A stretch of 64,000 nt of DNA from the human T2T-CHM13v2.0 reference genome, Homo sapiens. Positions 1 to 28,545 of this stretch are shown here, piece after piece (the stretch's first letter is position 1; each line of letters begins with the position of its first letter). Where the stretch lies: the NCBI RefSeq assembly GCF_009914755.1, contig NC_060943.1. The stretch is one strand, 5' to 3'. The notes under the pieces are model-generated. The model was not told the DNA's origin and did not search any database. It worked only from the letters and a program-made list of their open reading frames with translations. The translations under genes and the position numbers were made by a program.

Positions 1-279
1 ATTAACGCATTTTTAGTAACTTATCAGTATCTGAAATCACCTGTTTCGTTTATTTCTAATTTGTTCAAAGTCTGGTTCCCCCAGGAGATGAGAGATTTTT
101 ATCTATCTTCCTCATTGCTGTGTCTCCAGCACCAAGGACAGTGCCTGGTATATGACAGATGCCTAACGAGTAACAACTGAACGGAAACAAGCCTCAATTT
201 CAAAAAAACACCTATAAATCTGAACCCCGAGGTATGGTGTACGTACAACAGCTTTGAAACCGGCTGCCAGGATTCTGGG

Positions 280-830
280 TCTCTTGGGGGAAAAAGGCAG
301 ACGCGGATTCCAAATCCTGCCCGGTTGCCGACTTGCGGCGTGACCTCTCGCGAGGTCATCTGCAAAATGGGAGACTGGGGGCGTGAGGCGGCTGGCACAA
401 GACAGGCGGCCTTTCCCAGCGCGTCCCCGCCCCCACTACGAAAGGTCATGGCGCCCTGGCCCTGCAGCTGGGTCCCTCCAGGGCTGCCCTCTCGCGCTGC
501 CGGGTCCTGAAGGGCCCGCCTGCAGCCCAGCAGTTCGCGTTCGCCTACCCGCGCGCGACCTACCTACTCACGCGGCCAGCCGCGGACTCCAGGCCAGCTC
601 TGTCTTGTTGCTGGGCGCTGCCATATTGGCCCAGAGAGCGTCCGGGTCAGGGAGCTCCAGGGAGGTAGCAAATCAAGAAAGCTGGTGTAATAGGTCCCGC
701 CCACAACGCGAGGTGGGCCAATAGGAAGGCGGAAGGATCTGGGACCCGCCTCATAACGAGCCAGGCCCAGCCTCTAATGAGGCAAGACGCACTCCAGACC
801 TGGGAACCTTGAAATGGCCCGGGAGGCTGG
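280..830. promoter_or_regulatory. ECSIT: CpG-island promoter of a minus-strand gene (probably ECSIT)
   Basis: High CpG density, CCAAT at 718-722, YY1-like GCCATATT at 620-627, and a minus-strand donor GTGAGT at 571-566. Gene name comes from recalled synteny with CNN1; no coding sequence lies in the window. Confidence 0.7.
572..670 (-). other. ECSIT: Non-coding first exon, probably ECSIT exon 1 (5' end approximate)
   Basis: Minus strand reads ...CTGGCCGC|GTGAGTAGGTAG, a consensus donor inside the CpG island. The TSS cannot be fixed from sequence. Confidence 0.65.
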
Positions 831-842
831 ACTTGGGAGTCA

Positions 843-1871
<1,029 letters not shown>

Positions 1872-2367
1872 TTAGGCTGTTAATAACTAAGGTGGATAAG
1901 CACATAAAATGGGCTATTGGCAATAACAGTGTCCCCCGGGAAGGAAGGCTATCTGCCCTCATAAGCCCATTTCTGCAGTCCCTCAGCCTCTGTGGCGCAG
2001 TGAGCTGGCATGGAGACTAGGATGCAAGAACCTACCCTTAGGATGCCTCAAGGACTCTGCGCAGCCGCAGGACATCCACCTCATCAGAACTCTTGTGATT
2101 GGGCAATCTGAGAAAACCTGTAGCCAATCAGCTGCTTGGCTGGAGCACTCCTCTCTGGCAAGTTGACAGGCACGTGGGCAGCGGCTGGGAGCGCTACTGC
2201 CCTCTGCCAGGCTCCCGCAGCTACAAGCAAGCAGAGTCAGCTCTGCTTAGCTGGGGAGTGGGTAAGATGATGGGGTCGCTGACCTGGCTGTGGCCTTCAG
2301 AGTTATTGGTGTCCTTCTCTTGAGGTGGTCATGGCTTTTGTTTTCTTATTTATCCTTCCAGAACTAG

Positions 2368-3518
<1,151 letters not shown>

Positions 3519-3609
3519 TTAACACAGAACACCATATGTGAGGCCCTGGTGCAGAATCTTTAACATTACAGTCCCAGAAAGAACCCTATAAAAAGTAGTA
3601 GCTTCACAG

Positions 3610-3903
3610 TGAAAGATCCTAGCAGACACCACCTTAACCAAGGGACCAACATTTATATCACCAGCAATGAGTCATGGTGATATCATGAAGCCCTTGGTAT
3701 GACACACTTAGAAGGATACATCATCACCTCTCTGGTATTCTTCCTGGTAATGCAAACACCTCAGTTTATTCAAGACAAACCAAACTCGAAGACAGTCTAC
3801 AAAATAACTGACCAGCACTCTTCAAAAGTGTCAAGGTCCTGAAAGACCCAGGGACTATTATAGACTGTAGGAATGTATGGAGATATGACAATTAAATGCA
3901 ATG
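3610..3903 (+). mobile_element. Old L1 (L1MC/L1ME-type) 3' UTR fragment
   Basis: CAGACACCACCTTAACCAA...CTACAAAATAACTGACCAGCACTCTTCAAAAGTGTCAAGGTC...AAATGCAATG resembles L1M 3' end consensus recalled from memory. Subfamily uncertain. Confidence 0.65.
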
Positions 3904-4017
3904 AGGGCCAGGCACAGTGGCACTGTAGTTCTAGCTATTTAGGAGGCTGAGGCAGGAGGATCACTTGAACCCAGGAGTTCAAGTCCAGCCTGGGCATCAT
4001 AGTGAGACCTCATCTCT

Positions 4018-4018
<1 letters not shown>

Positions 4019-4096
<78 letters not shown>
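4019..4096 (+). repeat. (AGAT)n(AGAC)n compound tetranucleotide microsatellite in an Alu-monomer tail
   Basis: Directly visible. Confidence 0.95.
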
Positions 4097-4097
<1 letters not shown>

Positions 4098-4114
4098 AAG
4101 AAAGAAACGCAATG

Positions 4115-5670
<1,556 letters not shown>

Positions 5671-6056
5671 CTATAAGTGAACAGCTCCCTCCCTGTCCAC
5701 CCACTCACAGTCAGTCTGGGGGTGAGAGATGCTATTATTTTACAGCAGGTGGTCAGGGAAGGCCTCTCTGAGAGGTGATATTAGAGCAGAGACTGAATGA
5801 AGTTGGGGAGAGGCCATGCAGGCATCTTGCAGAAATGTGTTCCAGGTGGCAGGAACTGCTATTGTAAAGACCCTGAGGTGGGAACATGTTTGGGGACTCA
5901 AGAAACACATCTGTAGCCCAGCGTGGTAGCGGGTGCCTGTAATCCCAGCTACTTGGGAGGCTGAGGCTCCAGAATTGCTTGAAACCAGGAGGTGGAGGTT
6001 GCAGTGAACCGAGATCATGCCACTCCAACCTGAGCGACAGAGCGATACTCTGACTC

Positions 6057-6406
6057 AAAAAAAAAAAAAAAAGGAGAAGAAGAAGAAGAAATAAGGAGAA
6101 GGGAGAAGAGAGAAGGGAGAAGGGGAAGAAGGAGAAGGAGGAGGAGAAGGAAGAAAGAAGAAAGAAGAAGAAGGAGGAGGAGGAGAAGCAGCAGCAGAAG
6201 AAGAGGAAGAAGAAGGAGAACAAGAAGAAAAAGAGGAAGAGGAAGAAGAAGAGGAAGAAGAAGGAGAAGGAGAAGGAGCAGCAGCAGCAGCGGAAGAGGA
6301 AGAGGAAGAAAAGAAAGAAGAAAGAAGAAAGAAGGAGAAGGAGAAGGAGAAGAAAGAAGAAAGAAGAAAGAAGAAGAAGAAGAAGAGGGAGAAGAAGAAG
6401 AAGAAA
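6057..6406 (+). repeat. ~350-bp polypurine (GAA/GGA/GCA) low-complexity tract extending an Alu poly(A) tail
   Basis: Directly visible; follows the Alu right arm at ~5915-6072. Confidence 0.95.
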
Positions 6407-7539
6407 CAGCACATCTGGAGGGACTTGGAAGAAAAGGTACAAACAGTGTTACCTGGGAGGGTGGCTTGGCTTCTCTGAACCTTGAGTTTCCCATCTATAA
6501 AATGGACCTATGAGTTTCTACCCTCAGAAGGTGATGGTGAGGATTAAAAGAGATTGTGGCTGGCATGGAGTGAGTGTTCCCATAACAGAAGCCTTTAGGA
6601 ACAAGAGCCTCTGCCAGATTTCTGGATAGGAAAGCTTCGTGAGGAGGGAGCTTGCAGAGCAGGATGCCAAGATAGGCCGGTGCAGAGCAGGGCTTTGACT
6701 TTCCCCAAAACACACAGACAAACACGTGTGAGTGTGGGTTTTATTTTTATTTTTACATTTTTTGAGTCAGAGTCTCACTCCCGTGGCCCAGGCTGGAGTG
6801 CAGTGGTGTGATCTTGGCTCACTGCAACCTCTGCCTGACATGCCGGGTTCAAGCAATTCTCCTGCCTCAGCCTCCCGAGTAGCTGGGATTACAGGCATGT
6901 ACCACCATGCCCGGCTAATTTTGTATTTTTAGTAGACACGGGGTTTCACCATGTTGGTCAGGCTGGTCTTGAACTACTGACCTCAGGTGATCCACCCGCC
7001 TTGGCCTCTCAAAGTGCTGGGATTACAGGCGTGAGAAACCACGCCCGGCCAAGTGTGAGTTTTAAATGGTTCTGAGCATCAGGAAGGTTTTAGGGGGTCC
7101 CCTGAAGTTGAGGAGAGGCATGGCTTTCCTACAATGACTGTCCTAGACCCTTCGGGAAACCGTGCCTCTTACAAGATCCTACACTTCTCATTTAGATGGT
7201 AAACTGAGGCACAGAGGGGCTAGAGCCTGGAAAATGCCAGAAAGGAGCGAATAAGGGATGACACTCGGGTGTCTACTGGGATTGGGGCCTCGATATGGGA
7301 TCAGCCCCCTCTAATGCCTCTACCCCCATCTACCAGACAGAGACGCGAAGAGAGACGGACAATACAGCGACAGCGACATGAAGAGAAACAGAATGACTCA
7401 AAGACCAGGCACAGAAACAGAGACACAGAGACAAAGGCAGAGACAGAAAAAGGCTCAGCGACCCAGAGACGGAGATACAGAGACACAGACCTACTACAAT
7501 CAGAGGGACAAGGCAGTCCCCGAAAGGGCTGCCCCCTGG

Positions 7540-7900
7540 GGGTACCCGGGGCTGCCCCGTTGGGGGGCACGCCAAGAGCTCCCCCACCCCGCCCCCGTCG
7601 TGCCTGGGCCGTGACTTCAGAGTCCGTGCAGATTCTATAAATGGCCAAGAGGCCGCGGGCCGGGGGGCGGGGCCGAGTGAGTCATCGCGTGACGTCACCG
7701 CCGCCTGGACCTCGCCAGGTCCCGCCCCCGCCCCTCCCGGGCCGCCAGGGGGCGCCGGCTGCAGGTCCTCACATGCGCAGTAGCGAACTGCGGCCCCCGA
7801 GGGCCGCTCAGTTTGGGAGGGATCCAGGAATCTGCGCGTTCGAATCCCGCCCCTGCCACCCTCGAGCTGTGTGACCCGGCCATTCGGCGTCACCTCTCTG
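7540..7900. promoter_or_regulatory. Intergenic CpG island / candidate enhancer-insulator upstream of CNN1
   Basis: CTATAAATGG 7635-7644, GC box ~7664-7672, TGAGTCA 7678-7684, GTGACGTCAC 7689-7698, CCGCCAGGGGGCGC (CTCF-like) 7742-7755. Confidence 0.7.
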
Positions 7901-8186
7901 TGCCTCGTATAGACCCACCTCATAAGGCTGTCGTGAGGAATGAGTTAACAGGCTCAAAGCTCTTAGTACGTAGCAGGTGCTAATTGTTAGCTCATTTTAT
8001 GTACTTTCTATTTTTTCTTTTTTTTTTTTTTAAATAGAGACGGGGTCTCGCTATGTTGCCTAAGCTGGTCTCGGGTCTCGAACTCCAGGGCTCAAGCGAT
8101 CCTCCCGCCTTGGCCTCGTATTTTATGTATTTTCGTGTATGTTCAACATATCATGACATGCCATCAACTAGCACATTGCCTTAGCT

Positions 8187-9135
<949 letters not shown>

Positions 9136-10179
9136 TTAGCATGTGACCGATAAACTGCATATCCTCAACATATCATTAGTGTGTGGCAGGTTGCAGACAT
9201 GTCATCCAAGTGTCACAAACATGGCCTTGCCATGTGGGGCATGATGTGGGCATAGCATCCACCCCTGTGGTCCAGGGGTGAGATCTGGCTGGGTAGGGCT
9301 GTTTGACAGGGACACAGTTCACGGCCTGGGACTTGCCAACAAAGTCACCCTGTAGTTCAGGTGACACACAAGTGGATGGGGAGGGTGAGACCCAGGATCT
9401 CTTCTCCCCCAGGTCCTTATGAGGGGCTGGAGGAGACAGAACTGGGGTGCTGGACCCTCAGCATAAAGAATGCTATAGGCTGGGCATGGTGACTCATGCC
9501 TGTAAATCCCAGCGTTTTGGGAGGCCAAGGCGGGCAGATTGCTTGAGCCCAGAAATTTGAGACCAGCCTGGGCAACATAGCGAGACCCCGGGCAACATAG
9601 CGAGACCCCATCTCTAAAAAAATAAAATAAAATTAGCCAGGTTGGTGGCACAAGTCTGCAATTCTAACTACTTGGATGGGCTGAGATGGGAGGATCACTT
9701 GAGCCTGGGAGGTCAAGGCTGCAGTGAGCTGTGATTGTGCCACTGCACTCCAGCCGAGGGGACAGAGTGAAACCTTGCCTTAAAAAGACTGCTATGGCCC
9801 GAGTCCCTCTGCTGTGCCGGGCACTGTGCTGGGCATGTAACAGGCATATTCTTCTGATCTTTACAACTCTCCCATGAGGCAGGCACTATCGTTAGCCCAT
9901 TTTACAGATGTGGCCATAGAGGCCCAGAGAGGAGAAGGGGCTTACCTAAGGCTATAGACTGTTGGTATCTGGAGATAAACCCGGGATGGTGCTCACTAAA
10001 CTACCTTGGGTGTCAGTCCTGCTTCAAGACTCCAGAGAGATAAAGAGAGATGACCTCAGAGACAAAGAGACTCAGACCCAGCCAGAGGCCCAATGGACAG
10101 TGGGAGGGGTGGGTGGAAGAAGGCTGGTCTCTGTCTGACCAAGCCCCCCCAGAATAACGCAGGCTGCCCCCCTAGGTGG

Positions 10180-10438
10180 AAACAATGACACAATCAGCTC
10201 CCAATACCAAGGGCCTGACATCACAAGGGGAGGGGAAGGCAGCTGAGGTTGTGGGGGGAGGTGCCCCGCCCCTTGGCAGGCCCCTACAGCCAATGGAACG
10301 GCCCTGGAAGAGACCCGGGTCGCCTCCGGAGCTTCAAAAACATGTGAGGAGGGAAGAGTGTGCAGACGGAACTTCAGCCGCTGCCTCTGTTCTCAGCGTC
10401 AGTGCCGCCACTGCCCCCGCCAGAGCCCACCGGCCAGC
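10180..10438 (+). promoter_or_regulatory. CNN1: CNN1 proximal promoter and 5' UTR
   Basis: GC box CCCCGCCCC 10264-10272 and CCAAT 10290-10294 upstream of the ATG at 10439. No canonical TATA. Confidence 0.7.
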
Positions 10439-21308
<10,870 letters not shown>

Positions 21309-21815
21309 GGCCACAAGGCCTTCCCTGTTTTCCCCCCAAGGGAGGCTGCTGCTGCTCTTGGCTGGACCCAGCCAGGCCCAGCCGACCCCCTCTCCCTGCA
21401 TGGCATCCTCCAGCCCCTGTAGAACTCAACCTCTACAGGGTTAGAGTTTGGAGAGAGCAGACTGGCGGGGGGCCCATTGGGGGGAAGGGGACCCTCCGCT
21501 CTGTAGTGCTACAGGGTCCAACATAGAGCCGGGTGTCCCCAACAGCGCCCAAAGGACGCACTGAGCAACGCTATTCCAGCTGTCCCCCCACTCCCTCACA
21601 AGTGGGTACCCCCAGGACCAGAAGCTCCCCCAGCAAAGCCCCCAGAGCCCAGGCTCGGCCTGCCCCCACCCCATTCCCGCAGTGGGAGCAAACTGCATGC
21701 CCAGAGACCCAGCGGACACACGCGGTTTGGTTTGCAGCGACTGGCATACTATGTGGATGTGACAGTGGCGTTTGTAATGAGAGCACTTTCTTTTTTTTCT
21801 ATTTCACTGGAGCAC

Positions 21816-21821
21816 AATAAA
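21816..21821 (+). terminator. CNN1: CNN1 polyadenylation signal AATAAA
   Basis: First AATAAA about 510 nt after the stop codon, preceded by a U-rich tract. Confidence 0.85.
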
Positions 21822-22054
21822 TGGCTGTAAAATCTCCTGAGGCCTCAGAGCTGCTCTGTTTTAGATATGCGCCATATCCCGCACACACATCTGCACGGAC
21901 ACACATGCCCACATGCACCCTAAGACGTACATACACACTCACACGCACCCTAAGACACACACCTCACTGTAGCCACTCAGCTAGACACAGGACAGGCACC
22001 CCATCACACTCACATGCAAAGTCCACACACACACACACACACTCCCCCCTTTCA

Positions 22055-22546
<492 letters not shown>

Positions 22547-24566
22547 CTAAATGGCATGTGAATCACAGAGCAGCTGCCTGGGTGACCTCGGGCAATCACT
22601 TTCCCTCCCTAGACCTGTTTTCCCATCAAAATAATGGGGACAGTAAGCCTCTTGTGGTCATGAAATGACACCCCCAGATGGGGTGATGTTCTACATGTTT
22701 AATCGCTGGTAAAGACCAGGCATCAATAGAGAAAGGATGACAAGTAGGGGTCCTGGTGGGCCCTGTGGGCAGGGTGAACCCTTTAGCCCCAGACTGTGGG
22801 GAGGGGAAAGGGGACAGGGAGAGGGGCACTTCTGAGCCAAGGCAATGGCCCTTTACTGACTGGCACAGGGCACCATAGGGCACGGTTAATTCTGTGCGCC
22901 CCGCCCGCTCTCAGCCGTCTTAAGGCTGAGCCTGCCAACCCGGGACTCTAAAAGGCTGTGTCCAGGGCCTCAACCTCCTCACATTTCAGAGGGGACCCTG
23001 TTATCCCCGGGAGGAGGGAGAGGTCCCCAACCATCAGGATTCCAAGGAGGAGAGGAGGCAGAGAAGCGAGGAGCGCGGCACGGAGCTGTCTTCTCCCCAG
23101 GGAGGGCAGGAGTTGAGGCTGGAACGTGGAGACCTGCGGAGGCAGACACCAGAAGACCCGCGCACAGACGCACGCAGCCCCTGGGGCCTCGTAAACCGGA
23201 TTCCAGGCGCTTTTGGCCTGGCTACCGCAAGTCCTGCTCCCCCTGGGCCGGCGCGGGGAAGCTATGCTGAGGAGGATCCGGGCCTGGCCCAGGGCCCTGC
23301 CTCCTCGGGAAAACAGCACCATATTAGCACTTAGCCTGTGAGGCTGGGGTGGGCGGGCGGCAGGAAGGGCCTCGGGTGCCAGAGGAATGAGCCCCCTTTT
23401 TGCTGGATCCCAGAGGGCCATCACCCTAAACCTAGGTGCCTGTCCACCACTCTGCGCATGTGTGCCGGCTCCTGCCAGGGCTAGCAGACCTTACCTGGGA
23501 TCTTGGAGGTGGCGGGATAACCAGGGAAGACATGTCATGGCAGAGTGGGCCTGGGGGGGTGCACAGGCCAGACCCAGCAGCCCAGTCTGGCAGCCAGGGC
23601 TTCCGGGCCAGCTCAATGTCTCCCCCCGCTGTTCACATCCGTCAGTGCCCTGGGTGGGCCCCAGAGCCGCTCAAACCATGCCTGGCACTTCCATCCTCAG
23701 CATGGCTCCGGGAAGAAGGTGCTTTCATCCCCTGCACTGTAGCAACGAGGACTCTGAAGCACAGGTCACCTGCCACCCGGGCTCATGAGGCCAGGTGGAG
23801 GGTCTGGCACTGCCCCAGGTTGCTGGGTGTTGTGGTCCTTGTCACCGGTGCGACCAGCTAAGGGGACATCAGCCCTCAGGTGCTCCCCATCGGCCACACA
23901 CATCCCGCCCCAACACCAGCCTTCTGAGAGTCCTCACCACCCTTGAATAAAGGCCCCTTTCATGTTTCCCTCCCGTGTCCCTCTTCCACTCACTACCTCC
24001 AGAACGGCCTGTAAGCTGTTCCCTCAGCCTGGACTCTGGGCTCACAAGAAGTCAGACTGTAAGCTGTGGAGCCTCGTTTCCTGGGTTCAAATCCCCCCTG
24101 TGCCACTTTCTGGCTGTAGGGTCTTGGGCCAGTGACCTCCTTCACCTCTAGCCTCTGTTTCCTCATCTTTGAACTTGGGGTTAGCTTGGCACCTGCCCCA
24201 CAAAGTGGCTGTCAGGACACTGGGGCGACGCAGGAAGGCCAGAGGTCAGCGTCTGGCTAGAGGTGGCCCTACGGTGTCACTGTCTCAGCCTGCCCCTCCC
24301 AGAAGCCTCCTCTGACCACCTGTTCTGTCTCACCTCCCCCATTTCCTATTGTGACTGCTGTAAACACCTGGCCAGATGTCTGCCTGCTCCACCACCCTGA
24401 ATGCTTACTGACTGAATAAAACGCTGGGTGGTTTGAAGGGCTGGTCACATGGGCCACCAGGCCACCTCCCGAACGTCAGAGCCTCAGGTCCCCTCTCCTT
24501 CTTCTGGTGACCAGGCAGACGCAGAACCCAAGACATCACGGACAGCAAGGGATGTGCGCTGGCTGC

Positions 24567-24572
24567 TTTATT
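24567..24572 (-). terminator. ELOF1: ELOF1 polyadenylation signal (AATAAA on the minus strand)
   Basis: TTTATT on plus, about 680 nt downstream of the ELOF1 stop. Confidence 0.75.
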
Positions 24573-25041
24573 TAAGGGCTTGTGATTGACAGCTGTCCCC
24601 ATCCCAGCCCTTGCTTCCTCTACAAAAGCAACTGAACATGAAACGGGCTTCCTGGTTACCATGGGGAGGGGGGCGGCTCCCTGTCAGGGCCCAGCCCAGG
24701 GACCTGGGGAACGGCGGCTTTGAATCCCCGGCCACGGGCACTAGAAGGTGGAGAAGGAGGGCGGGAAGTCCAGTTGAGATGGGCACGGTGCTGGTGAGGA
24801 GGCTGGAGAGGTCCTGTTCCAGCCTCTAGTGGGCTTCCCTTGTCCAGGATGTCAGGAAACAGTCCCCCAATTCCGCCGGGGGGAGCCAGAGCCCCAAGGC
24901 TGGGGGGCCAGGGGCTGCAGGGAACACAGCAAAGGCTTTCGGAGCCAAGTGAGATCAGTTCAGGCCCCTCAGGCCCAGGAACCCGACACCACCGCGTACC
25001 TGTGAGCACACACTCACGGCCACCCCAGTGACACGTGCAGC

Positions 25042-25083
25042 CACACACACCCACACTCACACCCACACCCACACGCACACCCA

Positions 25084-25141
<58 letters not shown>
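25042..25141. repeat. (CA)n / (GT)n microsatellite in the ELOF1 3' UTR
   Basis: Directly visible; the pure run spans ~25086-25141. Confidence 0.95.
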
Positions 25142-25143
<2 letters not shown>

Positions 25144-25254
25144 CTGTGACAGCCCAGGACCCACACCCTGGACCCCTGGAATGTCTCTGGACCAGAACCG
25201 AACAGCTGGATCCACAGTACGCGGGGCTGCTCAGGGGGCGGGTCCTCTGTGTCG

Positions 25255-26093
<839 letters not shown>

Positions 26094-26300
26094 TTACTGC
26101 GTGACCTGGGCAGGTTATTTAAGCTCTTTGTGCCACAGTTTCCTCGTCTATAAAACAGAGACAAGGCCAGGCATGGTGGCTCACACCTGTGATCCCAGCC
26201 AGCACTTTGGGAAGCTAAGGTGAGAGGATTACTTGATGCCAGGACCTGGATACCAGCCTGGGCAACATAGTGAGGCCTCATCTCTAAAAAAAAAAAATTA

Positions 26301-26435
<135 letters not shown>

Positions 26436-26659
26436 CTAGGCAACAGGATGAAACCCTGCATAAAAAAAAAAAAAGAAAAAAAAAAGGCCAGGTGTGGTGG
26501 CTCACACTTGTAATCCCAGGACTTTGGGAGGCTGAGGCGGGCGGATCACGAGGTCAGGAGTTCGAGACCAGCCTGACCAACACGGTGAAACCCCATCTCT
26601 ACTAAAAATACAAAAATTAGCTGGCCATAGTGGCAGGCACCCGTAACCCCAGCTACTCA

Positions 26660-26806
<147 letters not shown>

Positions 26807-27800
26807 TCAGAGGAGACTTGTGGGGCTGACACCAGGAATGGTAAGTTAAGTACTTAGCACAGAGCTGGCCCATCATCGCTGGCGCCAATACAAGGAAGCC
26901 ACTGTTCCTGGGGAGGGTGGCACAAGAGACTCCAAGACAAGCCAGCTGTTCAGGGCCGGGTGGAGCCTAAGAGCCTAGGAACTGGTGATTTTATTCTGGC
27001 TGCTCCTCTTGGCAAAGGACATGTAAGTACCATCCAGGAGGAGTGACACTCAGGTTATCTGATGGCCTCGATCCAGATGACAGACTGCAGGGCAGAGAAG
27101 TGGGGACAGGCACTTCTGAGTAGAGGAACACTGTGTGAAGGCTCAGGGCAGCTGTCCGTCCCCTGGCAGGTGAGGGAGAGAGGAGGGACAGGTGGGAGGG
27201 TTCTGGGTGTTTGGATGGATCCTGGGAGCTACAAGGAGTGAAAGGACAAAGTCACCCTGTGCTTTTGAGGAACTGCGGTGTGAGTCATAATCTGGATGAA
27301 GACAAAGTCACAGCCAGGACAGGGCTGTTGGGGTAGAGATGGCAGAGGGTGAGAGAGACAGAGGAGACATGGCGGCGGAGTGAGTGAGTGTGACGAGAGA
27401 AGGAAAGTCCAGGATGACTCCCAAGGTTGTGGCGGGGACATAGTGGCTAGAGGGACAAGGTGGCATCATTCTCTGATGTCTAACACATAGGAAGGACAGG
27501 GTTTTGGAGAAAATGATGGGGTTGGGTGGCAGAGGGATATCTAGGAACAGATGTCCAGGAGGCAGGTGGGTGGGGAAACGGCAGCAGTTACCACTGAGCC
27601 CAACTCCCCTGCGAGGCACGGTGCTCAGGGCACTGTGTTTGCCATCCCTGAGCCTCCTATGGCGCCTCCTCCAACACACACACACACGACTGCTGGTTCT
27701 AGCATCGTTCCACTGTGACGGGGAGGTCAGCAGCCTGCCAGTGTCTTCCAGAATAAACAGTGGAGTTTCATTCATTATCTGCTGATCACTTCCTATGTAA

Positions 27801-28013
<213 letters not shown>

Positions 28014-28224
28014 TAGCCAGGATGGTCTCGATCTCCTGACCTCGTGATCCGCCTGTCTCGGCCTCCCAAAGTGCTGGGATTACAGGCGTGAGCCACCGCG
28101 CCCAGCCAACACCCCCAACTCTTAACTGTGATGCTTCCAGTTCACTGAGTAAATAGAAGCAATCCAAAGACAGCTCCTAGGACCAACTCATTCAGCCATT
28201 CACCCACCCTCTTTATTTATCTAA

Positions 28225-28545
<321 letters not shown>

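Noticed and set aside
621-629. CCATATTGG as a CArG box
   Set aside because: It has only five A/T bases between CC and GG; better read as YY1-like or an inverted CCAAT.
5753-6494. Long F/L/S-rich minus-strand ORFs (229, 159 and 119 aa) resembling membrane proteins
   Set aside because: Artefact of the stop-free (TTC/TCC)n strand of the polypurine tract.
7800-7860. Possible tRNA gene (GTTCGAATCC T-loop motif)
   Set aside because: No cloverleaf can be built, and the downstream sequence is MIR-like, which explains the motif.
9570-9609. 20-bp tandem duplication within an Alu (and a similar ~40-bp one at 31522-31606)
   Set aside because: Ordinary local slippage inside a repeat with no functional implication.
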